Origin: an uncultured Tenacibaculum sp.
GTDB taxonomy: Bacteria > Bacteroidota > Bacteroidia > Flavobacteriales > Flavobacteriaceae
NCBI GenBank assembly: GCA_947497895.1
Contig: CANMIL010000014.1
Coordinates: 27,308-91,307, forward strand
Direction of reading: 5' to 3'
Length of the DNA stretch: 64,000 nt
Shown here: positions 21,958-31,739 of the stretch, piece by piece
Position numbering within the stretch: the stretch's first letter is position 1
How the letters are laid out: each line of letters opens with the position of its first letter
Made by a program: the position numbers and the translations under genes
Notes under the pieces: model-generated
Told to the model about the DNA's origin: nothing
The model's database searches: none
What the model saw: only the letters and a program-made list of their open reading frames with translations

Positions 21958-21988
21958 ATTGGTATTCTTTAAAATAAATAATTGGTAT
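21957..21988. promoter_or_regulatory. Candidate MocR operator: two direct AATTGGTAT repeats
   Basis: AATTGGTAT occurs at 21957-21965 and 21980-21988, 23 bp start to start, in the 84-bp divergent intergenic region. Its reverse complement contains ATACCA. Confidence 0.4.
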
Positions 21989-22041
21989 GTACAATATACG
22001 TGTTTAACTCTATAAATTTATAATAATATAAAAAGTCATAT

Positions 22042-23274
22042 ATGAGAGTCAATTTAACCTTTATAAAACTAGTGGTTCTTTTTTTGTTAATAATAAGTTG
22101 TAATTCAGTTAAAACCGTTCAGTTTAAAACTCCAGTAGATACCACTTCTAAGAAAATTCATAAACAAAGTAAACAGACATATGCTATTGATGCTATTGGA
22201 GTTTATGCGTCTAATAATTTTGATGCTGCACGTTTAAATGGATTTGAAATGGTAAACGATAGTACTGTAAAAGCTATTATTAGGCCAGAGAATACACCTA
22301 TTAATAATAGTGCGTATTATTCCTTTAAAATATGGTCGAAAGACCCAAAATCAGTTTATATACAGTTCGATTACCCTAGGGAGTTTAAACATCGATATTT
22401 TCCAAAGATTAAAGAAAAACATACTAACTGGCATGCTATTGATTCTTCTTATGTTTATAAGAATGGAAAATCGGTTTATGTAAAGTTAAATGTATCAAAA
22501 GATACTACATGGGTGTCTGCACAAGAAGTAGTAACCTCTAAAGACACGGAACGCTGGTATAAAAGTTTAATCAAGAATAAATCATATGTACATTTAAAGA
22601 GTGCAGGTAAAACTACTTTGGGACGTAATTTACCCGTGTTAGATATTTACAAAGGAATAAAATCCAATAAACCTATTGTCGTATTATTAACAAGACAGCA
22701 TCCACCAGAGGTAACAGGTTTTTTTGCTTATCAAGAATTCTTAAAAACACTTTTAAAAGAAAATAAATTAACATCTCAATTTTTTAATACCTATAGAGTC
22801 ATAACTTTTCCAATAGTAAATCCAGATGGAGTAGATTTAGGACATTGGCGTCATAATGCAGGTGGAGTTGATACCAATAGAGATTGGTCAGAATATCACC
22901 AACCAGAAATTAAACAGCTTGTAAAATTTATTACAAATCAAAGTAAAAAAGACAAATCGAAAATTGTGTTAGGAATTGATTTTCACTCTACTTATGAAGA
23001 TGTTTTTTATACTAATAAAATTAGAAAAACTACCGCTTTGCCCAATTTTATAGAAGATTGGTTTACAGCTTTAGGAGCTAATATTCCTAATTATAAGGTA
23101 AATGAAAAAGCAGCAAATAGTACAAAACCAGTTTCTAAAGGGTGGTTTTTATACGGACAAAATGCGGTGGGTATTACTTATGAAATAGGTGACGCTACAC
23201 CAAGAGATAAAATAAAGTTAGTAGGTAAAGTTACCGCCGAAGAAATGATGAAAATTTTAATAAAATCAAACTAG
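22042..23274 (+). CDS. M14-family zinc carboxypeptidase, predicted lipoprotein (paralog 1)
   Basis: 410 aa with the lipobox LLIISC. Motifs RQHPPEVTG, NPDGVDLGHWRHNAGGVDTNRDW and IDFHS are typical of M14 peptidases. Confidence 0.8.
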   Translation: MRVNLTFIKLVVLFLLIISCNSVKTVQFKTPVDTTSKKIHKQSKQTYAIDAIGVYASNNFDAARLNGFEMVNDSTVKAIIRPENTPINNSAYYSFKIWSKDPKSVYIQFDYPREFKHRYFPKIKEKHTNWHAIDSSYVYKNGKSVYVKLNVSKDTTWVSAQEVVTSKDTERWYKSLIKNKSYVHLKSAGKTTLGRNLPVLDIYKGIKSNKPIVVLLTRQHPPEVTGFFAYQEFLKTLLKENKLTSQFFNTYRVITFPIVNPDGVDLGHWRHNAGGVDTNRDWSEYHQPEIKQLVKFITNQSKKDKSKIVLGIDFHSTYEDVFYTNKIRKTTALPNFIEDWFTALGANIPNYKVNEKAANSTKPVSKGWFLYGQNAVGITYEIGDATPRDKIKLVGKVTAEEMMKILIKSN

Positions 23275-23292
23275 TAGTATTTTAAAAGAAAT

Positions 23293-24288
23293 ATGAAAAA
23301 TATTTTACAAATAGGTTTTGGACCTTTAGGAATTCAAATAGGGAAGTATATAGCCCAAAAAAAGACAGTTAAAACTTTAGCAGGTGTTGATATTGCCCCT
23401 TCTTTAAAAGGAAAGTTGTTATCGGAGTTAGATGAAGATTTACCGACTGATGTAACTATTTTTTCTTCTGTAAAAGAAGCTGTTGAAGATTTAAAAGTAA
23501 AGCCTGATGTGGCTATTATTACCACAGTTTCCAGTTTACAGAAATTAATTCCGCAAGTTGAAGAAGTTGCCAAATATGGAATTCCAGTAATTTCTACATG
23601 TGAAGAATTATCATATCCGTGGAAGCTACAACCAGAATTAAGCAAACGTTTGGATGATATTTGCAAGACACACAATATTGCCTGTTTGGGAACTGGAGTA
23701 AATCCAGGTTTTTTAATGGATTATTTACCATCGGTATTTGGTTCTATTTCAAAAGATATTGAGCATATAACAATAGAACGTATTCAAAATGCAAGTCCTA
23801 GAAGAATCCCTTTTCAGCAAAAAATAGGCGCAGGTTTATCTATAGAAAGTTTTAGAAAAAAAGAAGCTACAGGAACTTTAAGGCACGTAGGTTTACAGGA
23901 ATCGGTTTATTTACTGGCAAGTTCTATAGGGATAACATTAGATAAAGTTACAGAAAGTCTTGAGCCTGTGATTGCTAATACAGAAGTCGCTTCTGAAGCA
24001 ATTCAAGTGAAAAAAGGAGAGGCGAGAGGCGTTGAGCAAATAGCTCATGGTTATAAAAATGGAGTGTGTAAAATTAAAATGCATTTTAAAGCTGCTATTG
24101 GTGAACCTCGTTCTTATGATAAGGTAACCATTAAAGGAACACCAAATTTTTCGTCAGAAATAGATGGAGGTATTAATGGAGATATAGCGACTTGTGCTAT
24201 TACCATTAATTGTATCAATAGTATTTTAAAAGCTCCCGCTGGATTACAAACAATGAGGTCTATTACTGTTCCTGGATTTATTAATTAA
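23293..24288 (+). CDS. DapB-N-like NAD(P)-binding oxidoreductase (amine-dehydrogenase / 2,4-diaminopentanoate-dehydrogenase-like family), cytosolic
   Basis: 331 aa with an N-terminal Rossmann motif (LQIGFGPLGIQIG) and no signal peptide. The family call rests on overall resemblance only. Confidence 0.6.
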   Translation: MKNILQIGFGPLGIQIGKYIAQKKTVKTLAGVDIAPSLKGKLLSELDEDLPTDVTIFSSVKEAVEDLKVKPDVAIITTVSSLQKLIPQVEEVAKYGIPVISTCEELSYPWKLQPELSKRLDDICKTHNIACLGTGVNPGFLMDYLPSVFGSISKDIEHITIERIQNASPRRIPFQQKIGAGLSIESFRKKEATGTLRHVGLQESVYLLASSIGITLDKVTESLEPVIANTEVASEAIQVKKGEARGVEQIAHGYKNGVCKIKMHFKAAIGEPRSYDKVTIKGTPNFSSEIDGGINGDIATCAITINCINSILKAPAGLQTMRSITVPGFIN

Positions 24289-24297
24289 TATGGTTTT

Positions 24298-25464
24298 ATG
24301 ATATTGTTTTTAAGAAGAATAGCATTTTTAAGTGGTACTATTCTGTTAATTTATGCTTGTAATGATGTAAATAATAATGTGACATTTGATGCTTCGTTTA
24401 AAGGAGGAAGATTGGACAGTGTCCTTTTTTTAAAGAATAACAGTTATAGGTTATTGATAAACCCAGCTTTTGAACCTGTTAATAAGAGTCCGTACTTTGC
24501 ATTTTCAGTTACTTCCGGTACTCCTGAAACAATTAATGTGGTATTAGATTATGGAAAGTATAAACACCGATATATTCCGAAGTTAAGTACTGATAAAAAA
24601 AACTGGAAAAGAATTGAAACCAAAAATATTTCAATCGATACTATTACAGGAAATGCAAACTTAAAACTACATGTTTCTTCCCAAAAACTATTTGTAGCAG
24701 CTCAGGAAATTGAAGCTTCAGATGATACTTATTTATGGGTAGATAAAATGATAGCAAAGCACCCCAAAATAAAAAAAACTGTAACGGGGAAAACAGTTTT
24801 AAAGAAAGATAATTATTGTTTAGTATTTGAAAATGATAGTGTACAACCCACTTTAGTATTGGTAGCACGACAACACCCGCCAGAAATTCCAGGAGGAACT
24901 TTTAGTTTTAAAGCATTTTTTGAAGAGTTGTTTGCCGATACTCATATAGCAAAAGAATTTAGAAGTAGCTTTAACATATACACATTTCCATTATTGAATC
25001 CTGATGGTGCTGATTTAGGAAATTGGAGACACAATGCTGACGGAATAGATTTAAACAGAGATTGGGTGGATTTTACACAACCAGAAACGCAAATGGTAAA
25101 AAACGTTGTTGAAGAAAAAGTTTCAAACGGAAAGAAAATCCAATTAGCTATAGATTTTCATACTTCTTATAGTGGGCCTTATTTGTTAATTCTTGATTCT
25201 ATTAATGAGATAAAAACTAAAAAGATAATTCCAGATTGGATTAACAATATTGAGAGTAAATCAAAATTTAAGGTAGAAGCTAGAAGACGAAGTCAAGAAT
25301 TACCCTACTGTTATAATTATTTTATAAATGCTTTTGGATGTGAGGCTGTTACTTATGAAGAAGGAGATGAGGTAGACAGACAGTTGATAAAAGAACGAGC
25401 AAAAGCTTACGCACTAAATTTGATGAAAACAATGCTCACTAAATTAAAAAATAATGAACTATAA
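24298..25464 (+). CDS. M14-family zinc carboxypeptidase, predicted lipoprotein (paralog 2)
   Basis: 388 aa with the lipobox LLIYAC and motifs RQHPPEIPG, NPDGADLGNWRHNADGIDLNRDW and IDFHTS. It is collinear with 22042-23274. Confidence 0.8.
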   Translation: MILFLRRIAFLSGTILLIYACNDVNNNVTFDASFKGGRLDSVLFLKNNSYRLLINPAFEPVNKSPYFAFSVTSGTPETINVVLDYGKYKHRYIPKLSTDKKNWKRIETKNISIDTITGNANLKLHVSSQKLFVAAQEIEASDDTYLWVDKMIAKHPKIKKTVTGKTVLKKDNYCLVFENDSVQPTLVLVARQHPPEIPGGTFSFKAFFEELFADTHIAKEFRSSFNIYTFPLLNPDGADLGNWRHNADGIDLNRDWVDFTQPETQMVKNVVEEKVSNGKKIQLAIDFHTSYSGPYLLILDSINEIKTKKIIPDWINNIESKSKFKVEARRRSQELPYCYNYFINAFGCEAVTYEEGDEVDRQLIKERAKAYALNLMKTMLTKLKNNEL

Positions 25465-27007
25465 AATTTATATATCATTACTTGTTATTTTTCAATTTTT
25501 TTCTTCGTGTTCAAAGAAAAAGATTCAAGCCGATATTTTGATAAAAAACGGAACCGTTTACAATGGAATAGATATAAAAGCTAACAATAATTCCATAGCT
25601 ATAAAAGATGATAAAATTGTATTTATAGGGGCTGAAAATTCAGTATATGTTCAAGCAGAAAAAACAATTGATGCTAAAGGATTCATTGTCTCTCCTGGGT
25701 TTATTGATCCGCATACACATGCTGATCGAGACCTTAACATTGCCGATAATTCTCATAATAAACCTTTTTTGTTTCAGGGGATTACCACTGTTATCGTTGG
25801 AAATGATGGTGATAGTTTTTACCCAACTTCAAAATATATCGATTTGTATACTACTCACGGAATTGGAACAAACGCAGTCCCTTTGGTAGGGCATGGTACT
25901 ATTCGAAATCAAGTAATGGGAAAGAGTAACAGAAAAGCCACTGTTGAAGAAATTACTGAAATGCAACAGCTTGTAAAACAAGAAATGGAGGCTGGAGCCT
26001 TTGGGATTTCAACAGGTTTGTTCTACTCTCCAGGTAGTTATTCAAATACAGAAGAAGTCATTGCATTAGCAAAAACTGTAGCACAATATGATGGCATATA
26101 TGACACACATTTACGCGATGAAAGTTCATATACAGTGGGTTTAATTCCTGCTATTGAAGAAGCTATTGAAATTGGTCGTCAGGCAAAACTACCGATCCAT
26201 ATTTCACATATAAAATGTTTGGGAGTAGATGTTTGGTATCAAAGTAAAGATATTATAAAGGCTATTGAAAAAGCACAAAAAGAAGGAATTGATGTTACCG
26301 CGAATCAATATCCTTATGATGCTTCTGCAACAGGGTTGAAATCTGCAGTGGCGCCACGTTGGGCAGAAAGTGGAGGAAAAGACTCGTTAATGATTCGTTA
26401 TAACAATTCTGAGTTAAGAGCGAAAATTTTAATAGATACCAAAAAGAATATCACACGTAGAGGAGGTCCGGAAAAACTACTCATTGTGAAATCAGAAGAA
26501 TCAAATTTTGTAGGAAAAAATTTATTAGAGATTTCTCAAATATTAAATGAAACCCCAGAAGAAGCGGTTTATTCTGTTTTAAAAACAGGGTATGTTCGTG
26601 TAGCGTCTTTTAACATGAATACTGAAGATATTCATCATTTTATGCAGCAAAAATGGGTGGTTACAGGTTCTGATGGAAATACAGGCCACCCTCGGAAATA
26701 TGGTTCTTTTCCTAGGAAATATAACAAATACGTAGTGCAGGATAAAATTGTAGATTTACCAACATTTATTAACAGAAGTACAGCAAAAACGGCAGCTATT
26801 TTTAAAATCAAAAATCGTGGAAGTTTACAGATAGGAAATTTTGCAGATATAATCATTTTCAATCCTGAAACGTTTAAAGACAAAGCAGATTTTACGAATG
26901 CATTTCAGTTATCAGAAGGTTTAGAATACAGTATTATTAATGGAAAGTTAGCTGTAGATAAAGGGCAATTTACCAATTCATTAAATGGAGAAGTCTTAAA
27001 AAAATAA
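25454..27007 (+). CDS. N-acyl-D-amino-acid deacylase (D-aminoacylase) family amidohydrolase, predicted lipoprotein
   Basis: 517 aa with the lipobox FFSSC and motifs GFIDPHTHADRD, THLRDE and HISHIK, characteristic of D-aminoacylases. It overlaps the upstream gene by 11 nt. Confidence 0.85.
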   Translation: MNYKIYISLLVIFQFFSSCSKKKIQADILIKNGTVYNGIDIKANNNSIAIKDDKIVFIGAENSVYVQAEKTIDAKGFIVSPGFIDPHTHADRDLNIADNSHNKPFLFQGITTVIVGNDGDSFYPTSKYIDLYTTHGIGTNAVPLVGHGTIRNQVMGKSNRKATVEEITEMQQLVKQEMEAGAFGISTGLFYSPGSYSNTEEVIALAKTVAQYDGIYDTHLRDESSYTVGLIPAIEEAIEIGRQAKLPIHISHIKCLGVDVWYQSKDIIKAIEKAQKEGIDVTANQYPYDASATGLKSAVAPRWAESGGKDSLMIRYNNSELRAKILIDTKKNITRRGGPEKLLIVKSEESNFVGKNLLEISQILNETPEEAVYSVLKTGYVRVASFNMNTEDIHHFMQQKWVVTGSDGNTGHPRKYGSFPRKYNKYVVQDKIVDLPTFINRSTAKTAAIFKIKNRGSLQIGNFADIIIFNPETFKDKADFTNAFQLSEGLEYSIINGKLAVDKGQFTNSLNGEVLKK

Positions 27008-27048
27008 AAAACCATTGGTTTCTCGTGTTATAAAGAAACCAATGGTTA
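27003..27048. repeat. 46-nt hairpin repeat, copy 2
   Basis: Same sequence as 20453-20498 except one loop base (A instead of G at 27034). It also sits between convergent genes and overlaps the D-aminoacylase stop codon. Confidence 0.8.
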
Positions 27049-27068
27049 GTAATTAAACAAACAATAAT

Positions 27069-27455
27069 TTAAATTTTATTTAGAAAAGGAACATCCTTTT
27101 TATTCATAATTAATAAAACACCTCCAATAGCCAATGTCACTATTGCAGAAATAAATAAAACACCTCCATCGTTATTATGTTCAATTCCTATTTTCGTTAA
27201 ATGACTCATAATAGCGCCTCCCATCAATCCTAGGGTTAAAATTGCACCCATCCAAGTTTTGTTAGGAACAAATAACAAAATCGAAGCTATTAGCTCAATT
27301 ACGCCAGTACCAATTCGCATTAAAGCTTCATTTTCTCCTGCCACTTTTGTAAAAAGATCTACACTTTCTTGGGCTCCTGAGAATTTGAAGAATAACGTTT
27401 GCAACATAATAACGGCAGCAATTATTTTTAACAATAAAGGAATGTATTTTTTCAT
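27069..27455 (-). CDS. DoxX-family membrane protein
   Basis: 128 aa with four hydrophobic helices. FKFSGAQESVDLF...GTGVIELIASILL is typical of DoxX. Confidence 0.75.
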   Translation of the reverse strand: MKKYIPLLLKIIAAVIMLQTLFFKFSGAQESVDLFTKVAGENEALMRIGTGVIELIASILLFVPNKTWMGAILTLGLMGGAIMSHLTKIGIEHNNDGGVLFISAIVTLAIGGVLLIMNKKDVPFLNKI

Positions 27456-27554
27456 GTTTTCTTATTTATGGATTTAGACGCATAAAATTCTAAACCTTAC
27501 ATAGATAAATATTATTTTAGCGATTTAATTGCTAATCGAATTAAATTGGTGGGT

Positions 27555-28628
27555 ATGCAACGTTGGTTTTTCCTAATAATAGGAGTATGTTTCTTTGGCT
27601 GTAAAAAGAATGGTTTACAGATACACTTTCTTGATGAATATGTTTTACAAGATTCTATTAAATTTCAGGAGTTTGTAATCGGTGGTTTGTCAGGAATCGA
27701 TAAACACAATGGATCTTATTACTTTGTGGTTGATGATGCTAAAAAGCCAAGAGTTTTGGAAGGGAATATTGTCGTTGAAGATTCAGAGATAAAAAATATT
27801 GCTTTTAAAAATACGATCGTCTTAAATGATACTTTGAGTGAATTTTATCAAAAGGAGGCGTTAGATTTAGAGTCGGTTTTTATAGATTCTGATGGAAACT
27901 TGAATTTAACTAGCGAAGGATCTATTAATAAACAGAAGAGACCTACTGTTTTTATATCAGATACCTTAGGTAATTTTGTAAAAGAAATATCACTACCTGA
28001 TTATTTAGGTGACATTAACGTAGGAAAACATAGGCACAATGGAGTGTTTGAAGGTTCTAGCAAGTCTATTAGTGGTAATGGTTTTTGGGTTTCATTGGAA
28101 GCACCATTAGAAATAGATGGGGAAGAACCATCATATAGAAAGGAGAAATCACCAGTTCGAATTACTTACTTTGATGGAGATCATAAAGCAACTAAACAAT
28201 ATGCATATAAATTAGAGAATCTCGAAAAGGAAGCAAAAGGTAATGTGAATTTAAATGGAGTCACGGCTATATTAGAGTTTCGTGAAAATGAGTTTATTGT
28301 CGTTGAACGTATTTATCATAGCGGTTATGGAAGCTATGGAAATACCATTAGAATATTCAGAGCGAAAGCAGAAAGTAAAACAACAAATACTTTAGATATA
28401 AAGTCTCTTAAAGAATCAAATTATGTTCCATTAAAGAAGGAGTTGTTGTTCGATTTTGAATCTGTAAAAGATCAATTAACAGATGGAATAATTGATAATA
28501 TTGAAGGAATTTGTTTTGGAGATGTTTTACCTAATGGGAATAAAACATTACTTTTAATCTCAGACGATAACTTTCAACTTTATGGAAAACAACTAAATCA
28601 ATTTATATTGATGGAAATAGTTGAGTAA
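27555..28628 (+). CDS. Phytase-like esterase family protein (secreted or lipoprotein)
   Basis: GGLSGIDKHNGSYYFVVDD and EGICFG...LLLISDDNF motifs with an N-terminal signal sequence (FFGC). Start moved to ATG 27555. Confidence 0.6.
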   Translation: MQRWFFLIIGVCFFGCKKNGLQIHFLDEYVLQDSIKFQEFVIGGLSGIDKHNGSYYFVVDDAKKPRVLEGNIVVEDSEIKNIAFKNTIVLNDTLSEFYQKEALDLESVFIDSDGNLNLTSEGSINKQKRPTVFISDTLGNFVKEISLPDYLGDINVGKHRHNGVFEGSSKSISGNGFWVSLEAPLEIDGEEPSYRKEKSPVRITYFDGDHKATKQYAYKLENLEKEAKGNVNLNGVTAILEFRENEFIVVERIYHSGYGSYGNTIRIFRAKAESKTTNTLDIKSLKESNYVPLKKELLFDFESVKDQLTDGIIDNIEGICFGDVLPNGNKTLLLISDDNFQLYGKQLNQFILMEIVE

Positions 28629-28690
28629 CTTTGTTAAAGTAGAAAAATAAGTACCCCAATTATTAAAATAAGATTACAAATTACAAAGAA

Positions 28691-29203
28691 ATGATAGGTA
28701 ATTTTAAGCAAAAGTCTATTGAGAAACAATATGATAAACTTATAGAAAGAAATGTGACTTCTAATAGCCGAGGAGGAAAGGTGAAATCTGTTGCGGTTAT
28801 CTTAGATAACGCATCTCTCGAGAATGTTATCACATCCAATTTGGCAAGTAAATTAAACTTTGAGAAAAGAAACATAACCTTCTTAGTATACCGTAAATTC
28901 TCTAAAAAAGATGAGATAATACCTAAATTTTTCTCAGAAAAGGAAATTGGTTTTAAAGCAAGTTTGAAATCTGACAATTTGAAAAACTTTGTTAAAAATG
29001 ATTATGATTTGCTCATAAATTATACAAAGGTGTCAAATTTATATACTAATATAATAACTTTGCATTCACAAGCAAAGCTGAAAGCTGGCTTTGCAAATAT
29101 TGATGACAAGCTCTTCGATATAGTAGTTTCAGACCCTACTTTTAATGAAGCAGTTTTAAATCAAGAATTAAAAAAATATTTAACGATTTTAAATAAATTA
29201 TAA
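28691..29203 (+). CDS. Conserved hypothetical protein, translationally coupled to dapA
   Basis: 170-aa ORF whose TAA stop overlaps the dapA ATG (TAATG at 29201-29205). I recognised no motif. The antisense 98-aa ORF is rejected. Confidence 0.5.
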   Translation: MIGNFKQKSIEKQYDKLIERNVTSNSRGGKVKSVAVILDNASLENVITSNLASKLNFEKRNITFLVYRKFSKKDEIIPKFFSEKEIGFKASLKSDNLKNFVKNDYDLLINYTKVSNLYTNIITLHSQAKLKAGFANIDDKLFDIVVSDPTFNEAVLNQELKKYLTILNKL

Positions 29204-30093
29204 TGCAAGAGTTTGTGGGAATGGGAGTTGCTTTAGTAACACCGTTCAAGGAGGATTTGAGTGTAGATTTTGACGCTTTAAGAAAATTAGTTACTTATAA
29301 TATTGATAATGGTACTGACTATTTAGTTATTAATGGAACTACAGCAGAAAGTGCTACTATCACTAAGGAAGAAAAAATCGAAGTGATTAAGGTAATAGTT
29401 GAAGTGAACAATGGACGTTTACCTTTGGTTCTTGGAGTAGGTGGTAACAATACACAGGTTGTAATAGATGAACTTAAATCATTGGACCTATCTAATATTG
29501 ATGCCATTTTATCAGTAGCTCCTTATTATAGTAAACCAACTCAAGAAGGTTTTTACCAACATTTTAAAGCGGTAGCCGAAGCTAGCCCGAAACCAGTTAT
29601 CTTATACAATGTTCCTGGAAGAACTGCTAAAAATATGTTGCCAGAGACTACTTTGAGACTTGCTAAAGACTTTGGTAATGTCATTGGAGTTAAAGAAGCA
29701 GGAAATATCCAACAACAGTACTACGAATTATTAAAAAATAAACCAGAGGATTTCTTAATAATTTCTGGAGATGATGATTTGGCATTAGGAACTGTTTTAG
29801 CTGGTGGAGCGGGAGTGATTTCTGTAATTGGACAAGGTTTTCCAAAAGATTTTTCTGACATGATTCGTTTAGGACTGGAAGGGAAAAATAAAGAAGCTTA
29901 TGCATTACACTACAAGTTAATGGATGTTATCGGTTTAATTTTTGAAGAGAATAATCCAGCAGGAATAAAGAGTGTATTAAAAAAGTTAAATATAACTAGT
30001 GATAGCGTAAGGTTGCCATTGGTACCAGCGAGTGAGGATTTACAAAAAAGAATTAGCTCTTTTGTTGATAGCCTTCAATTGGAAAAAGTATAA
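29203..30093 (+). CDS. dapA: 4-hydroxy-tetrahydrodipicolinate synthase
   Basis: 296 aa with [25 protein letters not shown] and GVKEA (Schiff-base Lys region). Confidence 0.95.
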   Translation: MQEFVGMGVALVTPFKEDLSVDFDALRKLVTYNIDNGTDYLVINGTTAESATITKEEKIEVIKVIVEVNNGRLPLVLGVGGNNTQVVIDELKSLDLSNIDAILSVAPYYSKPTQEGFYQHFKAVAEASPKPVILYNVPGRTAKNMLPETTLRLAKDFGNVIGVKEAGNIQQQYYELLKNKPEDFLIISGDDDLALGTVLAGGAGVISVIGQGFPKDFSDMIRLGLEGKNKEAYALHYKLMDVIGLIFEENNPAGIKSVLKKLNITSDSVRLPLVPASEDLQKRISSFVDSLQLEKV

Positions 30094-30123
30094 AAAAAAC
30101 TCTAATAAATAGTATTAATGAAG

Positions 30124-30156
30124 AGACCATAATGTTAAATGTTATGGTCTTTTTTT
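30124..30156 (+). terminator. Intrinsic terminator after dapA
   Basis: AGACCATAA (30124-32) pairs with TTATGGTCT (30142-50) and is followed by T6. Confidence 0.75.
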
Positions 30157-30187
30157 GCATCTTTGCAAATTAAAAAAACAGTATTAT

Positions 30188-30700
30188 ATGTTGTCTAAAA
30201 AAATAGAAGAAGCATTAAATAAACAGATAAGAATCGAGGCGGAATCGTCGCAAGTATATTTAGCAATGGCATGTTGGGCAGAAGTTCAAGGATTTGAAGG
30301 AGTAGCACAATTTATGTTTGCTCATTCGGATGAAGAAAGAATGCATATGCTGAAGTTAGTTAAGTTCGTAAATGAAAGAGGTGGTCATGCACAAATCTCA
30401 GATTTAGCAGCTCCTCCTACAGAATTTGGTTCTTTTAAAAATATGTTCGAAACTTTATTCAATCATGAAGTTATGGTTTCGCAATCAATTAACGATTTAG
30501 TTCATATTACACTTGAAGAAAGAGATTATGCAACTCATAACTTTTTACAATGGTATGTTTCTGAACAAATTGAAGAAGAAGCATTGGCAAGAAACATTCT
30601 TGATAAAATTAATTTAATTGGTGACGATAAAGGTGGTTTATATCTTTTCGATAATGATGTAAAACAATTAGTTGCTGCAGGGCCTGACGCTCCACAATAG
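30188..30700 (+). CDS. ftnA: Non-haem ferritin
   Basis: MLSKKIEEALNKQIRIEAESSQVYLAMA...EERMHMLKL, the ferroxidase-centre pattern of bacterial Ftn. Start moved from 30155 to ATG 30188, giving 170 aa. Confidence 0.88.
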   Translation: MLSKKIEEALNKQIRIEAESSQVYLAMACWAEVQGFEGVAQFMFAHSDEERMHMLKLVKFVNERGGHAQISDLAAPPTEFGSFKNMFETLFNHEVMVSQSINDLVHITLEERDYATHNFLQWYVSEQIEEEALARNILDKINLIGDDKGGLYLFDNDVKQLVAAGPDAPQ

Positions 30701-30914
30701 TATTAACATACATTTATGAGTTCTTTACCTTTTTTGTAACAGAATATATGGTTTATTGCACTCAGAAATAGAGGGTTCACTTACAGAAGAGATTGAATTA
30801 GTTTTTTTGCAAGAAAAGATTGAAATTCTTCAACATAATTTCTAAAAAATTGAATCTAAGTAAGTGAGTTAAAATTCATTTTAATAATCCATTAATAATA
30901 CTTAATTTTGCCAG

Positions 30915-31736
30915 ATGCGAAAAAATAAAAATTTAGCTTTATTATTTGTACTTATGTTGATATTAACCTCATGTGGGGAGTATCAAAAGGTATTAAATAA
31001 AGGAACTACAGAAGAGCAGTACAAAATGGCTGTGAAAATGTATGAATCTCAAAAATACAGCAAAGCCTTGCGTTTATTTGAGAAAATTACACCTTCATAT
31101 AGAGCAAAACCACAAATGGAACGTATCCAATTCATGGTTTCTCAAGCTAATTTTAATGTGAAGAACTATAGTTTAGCTGGTTATTATTTTGATCGTTTTG
31201 CTAAGAACTATCCAAAGAGTTCAAAAGCAGAAGAAGCTGAGTTTTTATCAGCATTAAGTTATTATAAGGCGGCTCCTTCATTTAGTCTAGATCCAACTGA
31301 TACGAATAAAGCATTAGACGCTTTTCAAAGATTTATTGATAAATATCCAGAGTCTGGAAAGTTAGTAGAGGCTAATAAGTATTATGGAGAATTACGAGGT
31401 AAACTTGAAAGGAAAGCTTTTGAAATAGCAAAGACTTATTACAGAACAGCTGAATATGATTCAAGAAATTATAGAGCGGCAATTGTGGCCTTTGATAATT
31501 TGTTATCTGATTATTTAGGAACAAGTTTTAAAGAAGAAGCCTTATATTACAGACTGAAAGCGGCTCATGATTTCGCAATGAAGAGCACTTCAAGAAGAAA
31601 GGCTGTAAGAATAGAAGAAGCTGTAAAAGCTTACGATAAGTTAAAAAGAAACTTCCCTGAGTCAAAATTTATGGAAGATTCGAACAAAATGCTAGCTGCA
31701 TTAAATAAAGAACAAGAACAATTAGTTAAAAGTTAA
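30915..31736 (+). CDS. bamD: Outer-membrane protein assembly factor BamD (TPR lipoprotein)
   Basis: 273 aa with the lipobox LILTSC. It has TPR-like repeats, and the position upstream of rpoZ-like and coaBC is typical for Flavobacteriia. Confidence 0.82.
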   Translation: MRKNKNLALLFVLMLILTSCGEYQKVLNKGTTEEQYKMAVKMYESQKYSKALRLFEKITPSYRAKPQMERIQFMVSQANFNVKNYSLAGYYFDRFAKNYPKSSKAEEAEFLSALSYYKAAPSFSLDPTDTNKALDAFQRFIDKYPESGKLVEANKYYGELRGKLERKAFEIAKTYYRTAEYDSRNYRAAIVAFDNLLSDYLGTSFKEEALYYRLKAAHDFAMKSTSRRKAVRIEEAVKAYDKLKRNFPESKFMEDSNKMLAALNKEQEQLVKS

Positions 31737-31739
31737 ATA

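Noticed and set aside
20453-27048. Interpreting the repeat-bracketed 6.5-kb segment as a mobile genetic element or genomic island
   Set aside because: It has no integrase, transposase, tRNA attachment site or other mobility genes, and I saw no obvious compositional shift by eye. The repeats look like terminator hairpins. I kept it only as a boundary observation.
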